This document shows, in pieces, positions 10,180 through 18,803 of a stretch of 64,000 nucleotides of DNA; within the stretch, counting starts at the first letter, position 1; the number at the start of each line of letters is the position of its first letter. Position numbers and translations under genes: made by a program. The DNA is from an uncultured virus (IMG/VR IMGVR_UViG_3300030060_004020) (Duplodnaviria > Heunggongvirae > Uroviricota > Caudoviricetes): positions 1-64,000 of the IMG/VR virus record IMGVR_UViG_3300030060_004020; one strand, written 5' to 3'. Under the pieces are notes generated by a model. It was not told where the DNA came from and made no database searches. It saw only the letters and a program-made list of their open reading frames with translations.

Positions 10180-10385
10180 ATAAGTTTTTTAAAAAATGGA
10201 TTCTTGAAGCAGTAGAAGAAATGGATGAAATATTTACTGTTCATCAAATCGTTTCTAATATTGTTGAAAAGAAAGGAACTAGTATGTATGTCGGCAACTC
10301 ACAAGAAGTAGGAAGCCTATTATCTTCTCTACCCAAATTAGTAGAGAGATTAGGCGACGGAAAATATAGGAGGTTAGATATATGA
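10176..10385 (+). CDS. Small winged-helix-like protein
   Basis: FTVHQIVSNI...QEVGSLLS...VERLGDGKYR. Confidence 0.5.
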   Translation: MNKFFKKWILEAVEEMDEIFTVHQIVSNIVEKKGTSMYVGNSQEVGSLLSSLPKLVERLGDGKYRRLDI

Positions 10386-10528
10386 AATACACAAAATATA
10401 TAATAACTAAAGTGGAGTACGATACAGAAGAAACTTGGGAAGAGACTGTAAAAGACATTAATGATATAATAGAAATGCTAACAAATCTAAAGCGTAGAGC
10501 AACTATTATAGAAATCAAGGAGGAATAA
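10382..10528 (+). CDS. Hypothetical protein, 48 aa
   Basis: Hand-translated MKYTKYIITK...IEIKEE; GGAGG RBS. Confidence 0.55.
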   Translation: MKYTKYIITKVEYDTEETWEETVKDINDIIEMLTNLKRRATIIEIKEE

Positions 10529-10530
10529 TA

Positions 10531-10665
10531 ATGTCAATGATGGACAAGACAAATGAACTCCTTGAGGAATTACTCGCTATGATTGCTAAAAGCAATAAAA
10601 TATTAATGATGGTAAATATTGTAAACATAGCGACCATTATAACAATAATAACGGTGATATTATGA
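10531..10665 (+). CDS. Small C-terminally membrane-anchored protein, 44 aa
   Basis: Ends ILMMVNIVNIATIITIITVIL; GGAGG RBS. Confidence 0.55.
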   Translation: MSMMDKTNELLEELLAMIAKSNKILMMVNIVNIATIITIITVIL

Positions 10666-10859
10666 ATGAAAAAGAAATGAAAAATAAAATAGAAAGATTA
10701 GAAGAAAGAATTGAAGGCTTAGAAAGGCAATTGGATGAAATGTATTTGGAGTTGGAAAGAACTCACATTACTAGGGCTAGTATGCGAGAAGTCATGGAAG
10801 AAGTTGCTAAGTTAGCAAATCAACCTGTTGGAATGATGTTTAATACTTATAGTGCGTGA
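10662..10859 (+). CDS. Coiled-coil protein
   Basis: 65 aa, GGTGA RBS. Confidence 0.55.
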   Translation: MNEKEMKNKIERLEERIEGLERQLDEMYLELERTHITRASMREVMEEVAKLANQPVGMMFNTYSA

Positions 10860-10863
10860 TATT

Positions 10864-11769
10864 ATGAAAGTAGTTTACGGACATACAGATTCGATTTATG
10901 TTCAAATCGATTCTGTTGAAAAGGCACAAGACGCTATTAAAGAAATAGAGTCTAGTGTTAGAGAACACTTTCCTAATGTTATGGGATTAGAACAACACCC
11001 TGTAGTGCTAGAGTTTGAGAAATACTATTCAGCATTAGGTGTTGGAACGACTAAGAATAGAAATGCAGGTATGATAACTTGGAAAGATGGAGAATGGTTA
11101 GATGAGCCGGAGTTTATTATGACAGGTTTTACCGCCAAGAGAGTTAGTGAAACCAAACTTGCTAAAGAAGTTCAAACTGATGTATTGACAATGTGGGTGA
11201 ATGAAAAACCTATGTTAGAAATCAACAAATATCTACACAATAAATACATGTCAGTATTGGATGGAAAGGTCGAACTACAAGATATTATTAAAAGAAGTAG
11301 GCTTAAAGAAAATAGATTGAAAGTAAAATGCTCTAAAGTTACAGAGCATGGATGGGGTTGTAAATCAAGATACACTTTACATGATTGCTTACCTTTAAGA
11401 TGGTGTAAAAAATGTGGTGAAGATGTTAAGAACTTTAGGACTTTAGATGGTAAAAAACCAACAATAGGTTCGGGTATTGCAGGTGTATTACATGCGAAGC
11501 AAAAAGACATTACATTTGACGACTCTTACTTATACCTTAAAGTAGCAAAGTCCGGTGAAGTATTTACACACCCACTAACTAAAGAAGTGAAGACTGTTGA
11601 ATATGTAGCAGGTTCTCGGTATGTTGATTTTGATAAGTATAAACCCGATTATCAACATTATGCCGAGCAAGTAATAAAGAAGGCCGAACCAATTTATAAG
11701 GCTATGAATTGGGATTTGTCTAATATTAAATCGGGTAAAATACAAACAAATTTGGAGGAATGGTTTTGA
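10864..11769 (+). CDS. polB: Family B DNA polymerase, C-terminal subunit (motif C, thumb)
   Basis: MKVVYGHTDSIYV, LEFEKYY, KNRNAG, Cys-rich insert, PIP box QTNLEEWF. Confidence 0.92.
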   Translation: MKVVYGHTDSIYVQIDSVEKAQDAIKEIESSVREHFPNVMGLEQHPVVLEFEKYYSALGVGTTKNRNAGMITWKDGEWLDEPEFIMTGFTAKRVSETKLAKEVQTDVLTMWVNEKPMLEINKYLHNKYMSVLDGKVELQDIIKRSRLKENRLKVKCSKVTEHGWGCKSRYTLHDCLPLRWCKKCGEDVKNFRTLDGKKPTIGSGIAGVLHAKQKDITFDDSYLYLKVAKSGEVFTHPLTKEVKTVEYVAGSRYVDFDKYKPDYQHYAEQVIKKAEPIYKAMNWDLSNIKSGKIQTNLEEWF

Positions 11770-12671
11770 ATAACAATGAAAAATATGAAGCGATAATTAA
11801 ATCAATGGATGAATATACTTATGATTGGAAGCCGGAAAATTACGACGACCCATCTTTGCCTATATTGAAAATAACTAAATCTTCTTTGGGGGCTTTCGAT
11901 TGGTGTCCCAAGAAATACAACTTTAGTTATGTGCAAAGATTACCACAAGACCAAACAGAGGCTATGCGTAAAGGAACTATATTACATGTTCATAGAGAGA
12001 ACTTCTTTAATGACTTTGATGTTAAGAAAGCAGAAAATATGTCGGCTGATGAAATACATGATTATTGCGCCGGACTTACACCAATAGATGAGTATTTTGA
12101 TTTGTCTATGACTGTTGCTGCTTTTGAGGCTCAAAGGTTTATTGATGCTAGAGCAGAAGATAAGATTGATGAATATTTGCCTGTTTGTAATGAAGGATTG
12201 TTCGATGCTGAAATAACAATAGAGGCTAATACTAATCCTAAGTTTCCACTTAGGAGAGATTACAAGATACATATTCAAGGCATTATTGATAGAGTTTTTC
12301 AAGAAAACGGGGGCTATGTTCCTTTTGAATATAAGACCGGAGCATGGAAAGATTACAAGGCTACTTCTATGAGAAAAGAAATGGCTTTCTATCAATTACT
12401 CATTGAGAATGCGGAAGATGAAGTTCTAATTAAAAATGGATTAGAGCCAAATGTTCCTGTGACTCATTGGGGTTGGTATTATCCGGCTTCTAATTATGTA
12501 TTTGCTGAAAATGCAAAGGCTAGAAATCTAAAGTCAGTCTATAAAAACATAGCAAAGTTGATTTGGCACTACGAGCATGAAACATATCCAACAAAGTTTT
12601 TCTTTAAGACATGTTCTCATTGTAGTTATTTTAGTATGTGCGACGCTGCCGAAGAAGATTCATGGGTGTGA
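11760..12671 (+). CDS. Cas4/RecB-like PD-(D/E)xK exonuclease
   Basis: WCPKKY, GTILH, GIIDRV, EYKTG, CSHCSYFSMC. Confidence 0.85.
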   Translation: MVLNNNEKYEAIIKSMDEYTYDWKPENYDDPSLPILKITKSSLGAFDWCPKKYNFSYVQRLPQDQTEAMRKGTILHVHRENFFNDFDVKKAENMSADEIHDYCAGLTPIDEYFDLSMTVAAFEAQRFIDARAEDKIDEYLPVCNEGLFDAEITIEANTNPKFPLRRDYKIHIQGIIDRVFQENGGYVPFEYKTGAWKDYKATSMRKEMAFYQLLIENAEDEVLIKNGLEPNVPVTHWGWYYPASNYVFAENAKARNLKSVYKNIAKLIWHYEHETYPTKFFFKTCSHCSYFSMCDAAEEDSWV

Positions 12672-12675
12672 TAAT

Positions 12676-12900
12676 ATGATTTATGAATTTGATAATGGAA
12701 CGGTAGTTTCTAAACCGGACACTACACCTAATGGAACTAATATAGCAAGAGTATATTTTAAAGAATATATAGACTGCCAAAAATTATATGATGAGATAAA
12801 GGATTGGGCTAATAGAATAGGTTGTGAAACTACTATTCTATTGAAAAGAAATAGTGAACCCTATGTCGTAGTATCTCCTAGATTGGGGGCAGTAGAATGA
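12676..12900 (+). CDS. Hypothetical protein
   Basis: ATG 12676 after GTGA RBS. Confidence 0.5.
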   Translation: MIYEFDNGTVVSKPDTTPNGTNIARVYFKEYIDCQKLYDEIKDWANRIGCETTILLKRNSEPYVVVSPRLGAVE

Positions 12901-13010
12901 ATGATTCAATATATAGAATAGCGATAGATGCAATAACAATCATACAACATTTAGGACATGATGATTTGGCTAAGATGTTGTTGGATAGATACGAGAAGGT
13001 GATAAAATGA
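12897..13010 (+). CDS. Hypothetical peptide, 37 aa
   Basis: ATGA-coupled at both ends. Confidence 0.45.
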   Translation: MNDSIYRIAIDAITIIQHLGHDDLAKMLLDRYEKVIK

Positions 13011-13285
13011 ATGATAAAATAATAAAATGTAAATTATGTGAAGTAGAGATGAAAGAGTTTGAGGGTAATAATCCTCAACCTCTTCTTGAGAATTTTGAAG
13101 ATAGAGTATGTAGAGACTGTAATGATTATGTCACGGCAACTAGACTATTACTTAGAAGTTTAGACCCTTACGAGCATGAATTAGTTTGTTTTTACATAGC
13201 GTCAGTTATGAAAACGGCTAGTTCTCTAAAAAGAAGCCGATTGAAAGCCTTTGAACAGTTAAAGGAGTTGAAAGAAAGTGAATGA
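13007..13285 (+). CDS. Zn-finger protein
   Basis: CKLC...GNNPQP...VCRDCN. Confidence 0.6.
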   Translation: MNDKIIKCKLCEVEMKEFEGNNPQPLLENFEDRVCRDCNDYVTATRLLLRSLDPYEHELVCFYIASVMKTASSLKRSRLKAFEQLKELKESE

Positions 13286-13646
13286 TATAATAAAACAAAA
13301 AGTATTAGCAAAGAATTGGACATTTAATGAAATAGCCGATTTAAAGCAAACAATAGAAAGTCTTGCTACTGATATATACGAGGAGATGAAACTAATAGAA
13401 AGATTTGAGTTAATTAGAGAAATTAGAATCAAAGAAACTTATGTCGGCGAAGTCTTTGAAGATGTAATGAAGCAAACGGTTATGATTGCTCTAAGAGCAG
13501 AAGTAGCAGATACAGTAAGGAATATGTTAAATAACGCAACAGTTAATTTTGGAGGTAATAAAAATGATGAAGTTTCCGAGAGAAGTGTGGTCGGGGAGTC
13601 AAATGAAAAACGCTCCTCCACTACCAAGAAGAATAGTAAGAAGTAA
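13278..13646 (+). CDS. Hypothetical protein
   Basis: 122 aa ORF in operon. Confidence 0.55.
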   Translation: MNDIIKQKVLAKNWTFNEIADLKQTIESLATDIYEEMKLIERFELIREIRIKETYVGEVFEDVMKQTVMIALRAEVADTVRNMLNNATVNFGGNKNDEVSERSVVGESNEKRSSTTKKNSKK

Positions 13647-14616
13647 AGAAGAATACTTGAGTTATGTAAAGGCTCAAAATAATAGAACTAATGTTTACAC
13701 TAGTGTTTATGATTTTGCCGAGTTTGCAGAAAAGGCCAAGATAGATTCATCAGTTATACTTGATAGAATCTTTCTTGACTTTGATGCTCACGGTGAAAGT
13801 ATTGAGAAAGCATGGAGAGATGTTAAAGTTGTTATGACTCATGTTATTGAGAATGATTATCAACACACTCTTTTCTTTTCGGGTAGAGGCTTTCACTTGT
13901 TCATCTTTGGTGAAATTGCAGACACTATTAGAAACATACAGGTTTTCTTTAGAGGCATTAAGGAATATTTAATATCTAAAGTTGGTAATGATACTACCCT
14001 TGATGATAGAGTAGGACAAGCAACAAGACTTAGAAGAATACCTAATACTGTTAATATGAGTTCAAGAGATGAGAATGGAAATCCATATTTCTGTATTCCT
14101 TTGTTAGAAGAAGACTTACAGAAAGACATTATATCAATACTTGAGTTAGCAAAGAAGCCTAGAAAAATTCCTTTTAGAATAAGTGGTTCTGTAAAAGTTG
14201 TATTTCCCGAAGCACCTTCTTTTGAGGAGATAAGTGGTGAAATAGCAGTTCCTAAAACAACAGGCTCTTTGCCTATATTGCCTTGTTTATACAATGCTAT
14301 TATGACCGAGAATCCTTCACATATGGCTAGAGCATATTTAGTTTCATGGTATAGAGATTTATTGTCCGGTTGTAGAAAGGTAGAAAGTAAGGAAGATAAA
14401 GACAAAATACTAGATGCAATAGTAGATGAAATAAGAAATTTGGTAGAAACCAATAAAGAAATATGGCTAGATTGGAACGAGAACGAAACTAGAAAACATG
14501 CAAGATTTACTGTGCATGGTAATTATAGTAGTCCTCATTGTAAGACTGTATTAATACCTAATGGTTATTGTGTTGGTAAATGTTGGAGATACCCCGAACA
14601 TGCGGAGGAAGTATAA
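13564..14616 (+). CDS. Archaeo-eukaryotic primase, catalytic domain fused to PriL-like Cys domain
   Basis: FLDFD, FSGRGFH, RLRRIPNT; C-terminal LPC...PHC...YCVGKC. Confidence 0.85.
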   Translation: MMKFPREVWSGSQMKNAPPLPRRIVRSKEEYLSYVKAQNNRTNVYTSVYDFAEFAEKAKIDSSVILDRIFLDFDAHGESIEKAWRDVKVVMTHVIENDYQHTLFFSGRGFHLFIFGEIADTIRNIQVFFRGIKEYLISKVGNDTTLDDRVGQATRLRRIPNTVNMSSRDENGNPYFCIPLLEEDLQKDIISILELAKKPRKIPFRISGSVKVVFPEAPSFEEISGEIAVPKTTGSLPILPCLYNAIMTENPSHMARAYLVSWYRDLLSGCRKVESKEDKDKILDAIVDEIRNLVETNKEIWLDWNENETRKHARFTVHGNYSSPHCKTVLIPNGYCVGKCWRYPEHAEEV

Positions 14617-15326
14617 TGCTAGTAATAGATAGTAGAGAAAAGAAAGGTTCTAAACTTGTAGAACTAGTAGAGAGTGAAGCACTAAAGATGAAGATACCAT
14701 ATGAAAAAAGATGGCTAGAGATAGGTGATTATGTTTACGATGATGTATGTTTTGAGGCTAAGTCAGCCCATGATTTTATTAGTTCAGTAATGAGTAAAAG
14801 AATGTGGACACAATTAGATAACATGGATAGACACTATCAAACTAATGTAGTTATTATTTATGGTAGTATTGATGAAGGGATTATGCAATATAAGAAATAC
14901 ATTAAGAGTAAAAATAAGTTAAGTTCTGCACAACACGCTAATTGGTCTAATAAACTTAGGAATAAGTTTCTTGGGGCTATTGGTAGAATAACATTAGATA
15001 CTGATGCTAAGGCATTTTGGGTATCTAGTGAAAAAGAAGCATCGTTAATTATCGCTTCAATATGTAAAATGAAACCCCTTAGTAGGGAAGTAATAAGGCC
15101 GGAGATATTCAAAAGAATATCAACGGATGATTTGAGGGTAGATATATTAACAACAATTAAAGGCTTGTCGGTAAGCAAAGCAAATGCGCTGATTAAGGCG
15201 TATGGTTCGATTATGGAAATAGGCGAACAAACCGAAGACGAACTACAAGAAATGGATGGTATAGGAAGAACCTTAGCCAAAAGAATCTTGACAGTTCTAC
15301 ATTCCGAAGGGAAGGTGAAAATATGA
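14616..15326 (+). CDS. ERCC4/XPF-type structure-specific nuclease with HhH motifs
   Basis: VIDSRE, IGDY, EAKS..DF..S, MDGIGRTLA. Confidence 0.88.
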   Translation: MLVIDSREKKGSKLVELVESEALKMKIPYEKRWLEIGDYVYDDVCFEAKSAHDFISSVMSKRMWTQLDNMDRHYQTNVVIIYGSIDEGIMQYKKYIKSKNKLSSAQHANWSNKLRNKFLGAIGRITLDTDAKAFWVSSEKEASLIIASICKMKPLSREVIRPEIFKRISTDDLRVDILTTIKGLSVSKANALIKAYGSIMEIGEQTEDELQEMDGIGRTLAKRILTVLHSEGKVKI

Positions 15327-16895
15327 ATGAAGATATAAATTATGAAGAAATTGAAATGAGCAAAGAAGAAGAAGAATACCTGTATGCAGTAGATGAAAAC
15401 ACTAAAGTTTTCAATACTAACTTGCCTAGTTTTATTAGGCGTTTTCAGCAAGATGCAGTTAAGGTGGCCTTCAAGAATGATATACCCGCAGCGTTAAGTT
15501 GTTTTGTTATACTAGGACAAATAGTGAAAGACTTTGTGCAAATACCAAACGGTAGAAGCATAGAAGATAGCCGAGTGCATATGTGTCAAATACAAACTTC
15601 GGGTTCGGGTAAATCTACCTTGTGGGCTNNNNNNNNNNGCTTTCCTAAAACCTGTAATTGAAAAATTATATGCTAAGATAAATGCTAGTGAAGGCCATCC
15701 TGTAAATAAACATGTTAGTTCCGATGGTTCGGTAGATTATGCACAATGGGATGGAGAAGGTGAAGTTCCTACTTATGCCCCTAAGAAATTTAACATTATG
15801 TCCACTACTGAATATACCGACGCTGCGCTTATAGGTGGCCATGAAGAAGAGATGGTAGAGAAGGAAGATGACGACGGAAACACAAAGAAAGTTCTTGAGT
15901 GGGTTAGAGATGCAGGTTTGTTGGAAGGTAGCGGATTAGCACATTGGGATGAGTTTGAATATAGCGGTATCTTCAAACAAAGCCAAAACAAAGAACAAGC
16001 AATTGTTTATCTTAATACTCTTATGAATACATTAGCGGGTGAATCTTGGAAAATAAGTAAGAAACTAAAGAGAGGTAGCATGATGAACTGCTACTGTGAA
16101 AGGTCTATCTTAGCCATGACTTATCCACCGGAAAAGTTAGCGAAAGTTATTGCTAACAAAGGTGTATTACAAAGAATGATTTTGTTTATTTGGGATGTTC
16201 CTGAAAGTGTGCTAGATGTAATGAGAAGAATGCAAATAGCAAAGGCAGGTAAACTTGAAGAGATTAATGCTCCTATTGAAGCATTTGCAGATGAGTTCTT
16301 TGAGATATATGAAGTTATGAAAGAAAGGTTTGAGGAGGTTGGTAAAGACCCACTAAAAGCGATGAACTATACCCAAGACTTCAATGATGTTCTATTATTA
16401 GAATATGAAACCATGCAACAATTCATTAGGTCTAGCGACCCCGTAGTTAGAAAAATTGCTTCTAACTTCACAACTAGACTACTTAAGATACTGATTAAAA
16501 TGTCAGTTCTTTGTTCTATTGCGGAAGCAAAGGACATAAAGAACAAGAACAAGAGGTTTATTGTTAGTGGTAGAAATGTTAGACAAGCAGGAAATATCGT
16601 GCGACAATGTTATAATACATTGGTCTTATGGTTAGAACGAAGCCTAAAGGTCACTAGGAGGGTCGGAAAGCAAACTCAATCACCAAATGAGCAATTGTTT
16701 TTGGAAACTATTAGGGCTACTAAAAAGGATGAGAATGGATTTTTCAGTAAAAGAAAGGTTGTAGATGAACTAGAATCAACAGTAAATGAAAGAACCGTTA
16801 GAAGAATGTTCGATAAATATGAAGCAAAGAATCTATTAGAAAAAGATAAAGTAGGGCGTTCCGTTTATTATAAATTGAAGGAGGAGAAGAAATGA
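15323..16895 (+). CDS. MCM-like AAA+ helicase with C-terminal winged helix (one gene across the N gap)
   Basis: Walker A TSGSGKS before the gap; open frame after the gap AFLKPVIEK joins the 15798 ORF; Walker B HWDEFE, LQRM, TRL. Confidence 0.65.
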
Positions 16896-17113
16896 AATAC
16901 GAAAATACATATGTGGTGTTTGATGTAACAAAAGGGCCGAAAGTAATAATTGAAACATTAGATACTTACGGTGATGAAGGTTGGGAATGTTGTTCCATGC
17001 TAAGTATAGCAGGTGCAAACATTGTCGCTTTTCTAAAGAGAAGAATTGGTGCAGATGAACCATCAGTAGATGAAGAAGCAGAAAAGATTAGTAAACTTTG
17101 GTCTAGTGATTAA
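16892..17113 (+). CDS. DUF4177-like small protein
   Basis: MKYE...LDTYGDEGWE...FLKR. Confidence 0.6.
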   Translation: MKYENTYVVFDVTKGPKVIIETLDTYGDEGWECCSMLSIAGANIVAFLKRRIGADEPSVDEEAEKISKLWSSD

Positions 17114-17115
17114 GC

Positions 17116-17709
17116 ATGTCAGTTCTAGCATTAGATATTGAAACTAAAAACATGTCACATGAGATTGGTGGCTTTAGTAATACGCATATGTTTCAAGTAT
17201 CGACAGTGGCAACATGGGATGGTTCTAATGGAACTGTTTATGTTGATGAACCCGTTGATTCTTTTGCTAAGTCCGGTCATATAGTTAAAAGTCTAGGTGA
17301 ACTAAAATATGATTTAGACGACCACTTATTTAAAGGTGGTAAGATTCTAGGTCACAATATCGCAGTATTTGATTTACCGATTCTTAGGGATTCTATGGAT
17401 ATATATTGTATTCATAAATATTTGGGGGATGAAAATTATATTGACACTAGCAAGATATTACTTAAAGAACATGGAGAAAGATTCCCACTTAAGAATCTTG
17501 TAAAATGCACCATGAATGATTTTAAGTTAATGGATAGTGCCGATGCACCTAAGTTATGGAAGATGGGTCAATACGATGAGGTAGTTGAATACTGCATGAA
17601 AGATACACAATTAGTTTATGACTTATGGAAGTATGGACAAGAACATGGGATTGTTAAAGCATTCTCGATAGAAAAAGAGGAATTTGTAAATTTGGAGGTT
17701 GATTGGTAA
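17116..17709 (+). CDS. DEDD/RNase H-like 3'-5' exonuclease
   Basis: LDIET, GHNIAVFDLP, IDT, YCMKDT. Confidence 0.85.
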   Translation: MSVLALDIETKNMSHEIGGFSNTHMFQVSTVATWDGSNGTVYVDEPVDSFAKSGHIVKSLGELKYDLDDHLFKGGKILGHNIAVFDLPILRDSMDIYCIHKYLGDENYIDTSKILLKEHGERFPLKNLVKCTMNDFKLMDSADAPKLWKMGQYDEVVEYCMKDTQLVYDLWKYGQEHGIVKAFSIEKEEFVNLEVDW

Positions 17710-17858
17710 TGTCTACGGCAGAATGGTTCGGCTTATTCATCTTTATGATTATCTTGACGCTATTGTTTTTCGCCGCTTTTGGTGGAACAAACATTACAGA
17801 ACAAAGCGTTGATGATTATATCAAAAGATTGATGGGTCAAACGGAAGAGAAGAAATGA
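17709..17858 (+). CDS. Small membrane protein, 49 aa
   Basis: WFGLFIFMIILTLLFFAAFG; GGAGG RBS. Confidence 0.6.
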   Translation: MSTAEWFGLFIFMIILTLLFFAAFGGTNITEQSVDDYIKRLMGQTEEKK

Positions 17859-18001
17859 GTTTGAAACAAAAGTGCGCCTATTGTGGAGAGAAGACTTTAG
17901 CAAAGAGAATCTTAGGGTTTTATGTTGGTTCTAGCGACCAAGTAAAACTTTGGGAGTGTAGGTCTTGTAAGGGTATATGGTCGGTAGACACTAAAATTTA
18001 G
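17855..18001 (+). CDS. Zn-ribbon protein, 48 aa (TFS C-domain-like spacing)
   Basis: CAYC...SSDQVKLWECRSCKGIW. Confidence 0.6.
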   Translation: MSLKQKCAYCGEKTLAKRILGFYVGSSDQVKLWECRSCKGIWSVDTKI

Positions 18002-18042
18002 AGGGAGAGTAGTTTAGGCTACTCTCCTTCTACTTTTTTTTT
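17999..18042 (+). terminator. Intrinsic terminator at convergence of the two arms
   Basis: TAGAGGGAGAGTAG / CTACTCTCCTTCTA 14-bp stem (one G-U) then T9 and more T tracts. Confidence 0.8.
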
Positions 18043-18225
18043 CGCAAATTTTTTTGAAAAATTTTTTTTTTCGATTTTTTCTGCATAAGTGCAAACTTCA
18101 TCTTCCGTTGAATTTAAAATAATAACACCTAATGGTTTATCTTCATCATAAAGTAGCCAAGTAATTGTAAATCCCCATATAATGCCAATGATTGAAATTA
18201 AAACTATGTAAGTTAAAAATGACAT
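18019..18225 (-). CDS. Small membrane protein
   Basis: N-terminal TM helix; C-terminus runs into the terminator. Confidence 0.45.
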   Translation of the reverse strand: MSFLTYIVLISIIGIIWGFTITWLLYDEDKPLGVIILNSTEDEVCTYAEKIEKKNFSKKFAKKKVEGE

Positions 18226-18231
18226 GTTGAA

Positions 18232-18789
18232 CTATTGCGGTGGTAAACTTCCCCAAAAGCCAATTTCGGTGCAATAACTAGAGTATTTATTTCTCATAAG
18301 AGTCTCATATTCTGCACAACTTAATGGATTATTAGAAACCCATGTATCAAACCAAGCAACATCCCATTGAGAACCCGAAGGAGGAATCCAAGTTTCTATA
18401 TCAGCCTGTATTAAATTAAATCGGTTGTCTTTGGCACAATGAGGCCAAACTAAATTAATTACATCTTGTGAATTTTCTATAATTGTAACAGAAGTAACAT
18501 TTGGGTTAGTAAGTAAAGCCACATTAACCATACCTATTCCTAAACCTCCGATTAACACATGACCTGTTGCATTATCCCATAACCACTGATGTTCTCTATA
18601 TTCTCCTTCGGAGTCTTGCATAATCGGCATAGGGCAACCATTCTGCAATAAAACACAATAGTTTAAGTTGGATTCATTTTTCATTTCAAGATATAGTTGC
18701 CATTGTTTATCTGTAGTAGTATTAGTATAATGTGCAACTTCAAAGTCTCCCGATGTTCCTTGTGGTATATTAACTGTTATTCTCGTCAT
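18232..18789 (-). CDS. Class I SAM-dependent methyltransferase (spermidine-synthase-like)
   Basis: VLIGGLGIG, VTIIE, IQADI, WDVAWFDTW. Confidence 0.8.
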   Translation of the reverse strand: MTRITVNIPQGTSGDFEVAHYTNTTTDKQWQLYLEMKNESNLNYCVLLQNGCPMPIMQDSEGEYREHQWLWDNATGHVLIGGLGIGMVNVALLTNPNVTSVTIIENSQDVINLVWPHCAKDNRFNLIQADIETWIPPSGSQWDVAWFDTWVSNNPLSCAEYETLMRNKYSSYCTEIGFWGSLPPQ

Positions 18790-18803
18790 TTTTAATCCCT
18801 CAA

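Noticed and set aside
9040..10900. Split intein or ribosomal bypass rejoining PolB
   Set aside because: No Cys/Ser-initiated IntN or His-Asn IntC; 1.8 kb full of genes is far too long for hopping
11760..12671. CRISPR-Cas system
   Set aside because: Solo Cas4-like nuclease; no other cas genes or repeat-spacer array seen
15323..15800. Helicase as two genes or a pseudogene
   Set aside because: Break coincides with the 10-N gap; flanks share GCT and join in frame (TLWAFLKP)
1021..17063. Minus-strand ORFs in the replication arm
   Set aside because: Antisense shadows of well-supported genes with no motifs
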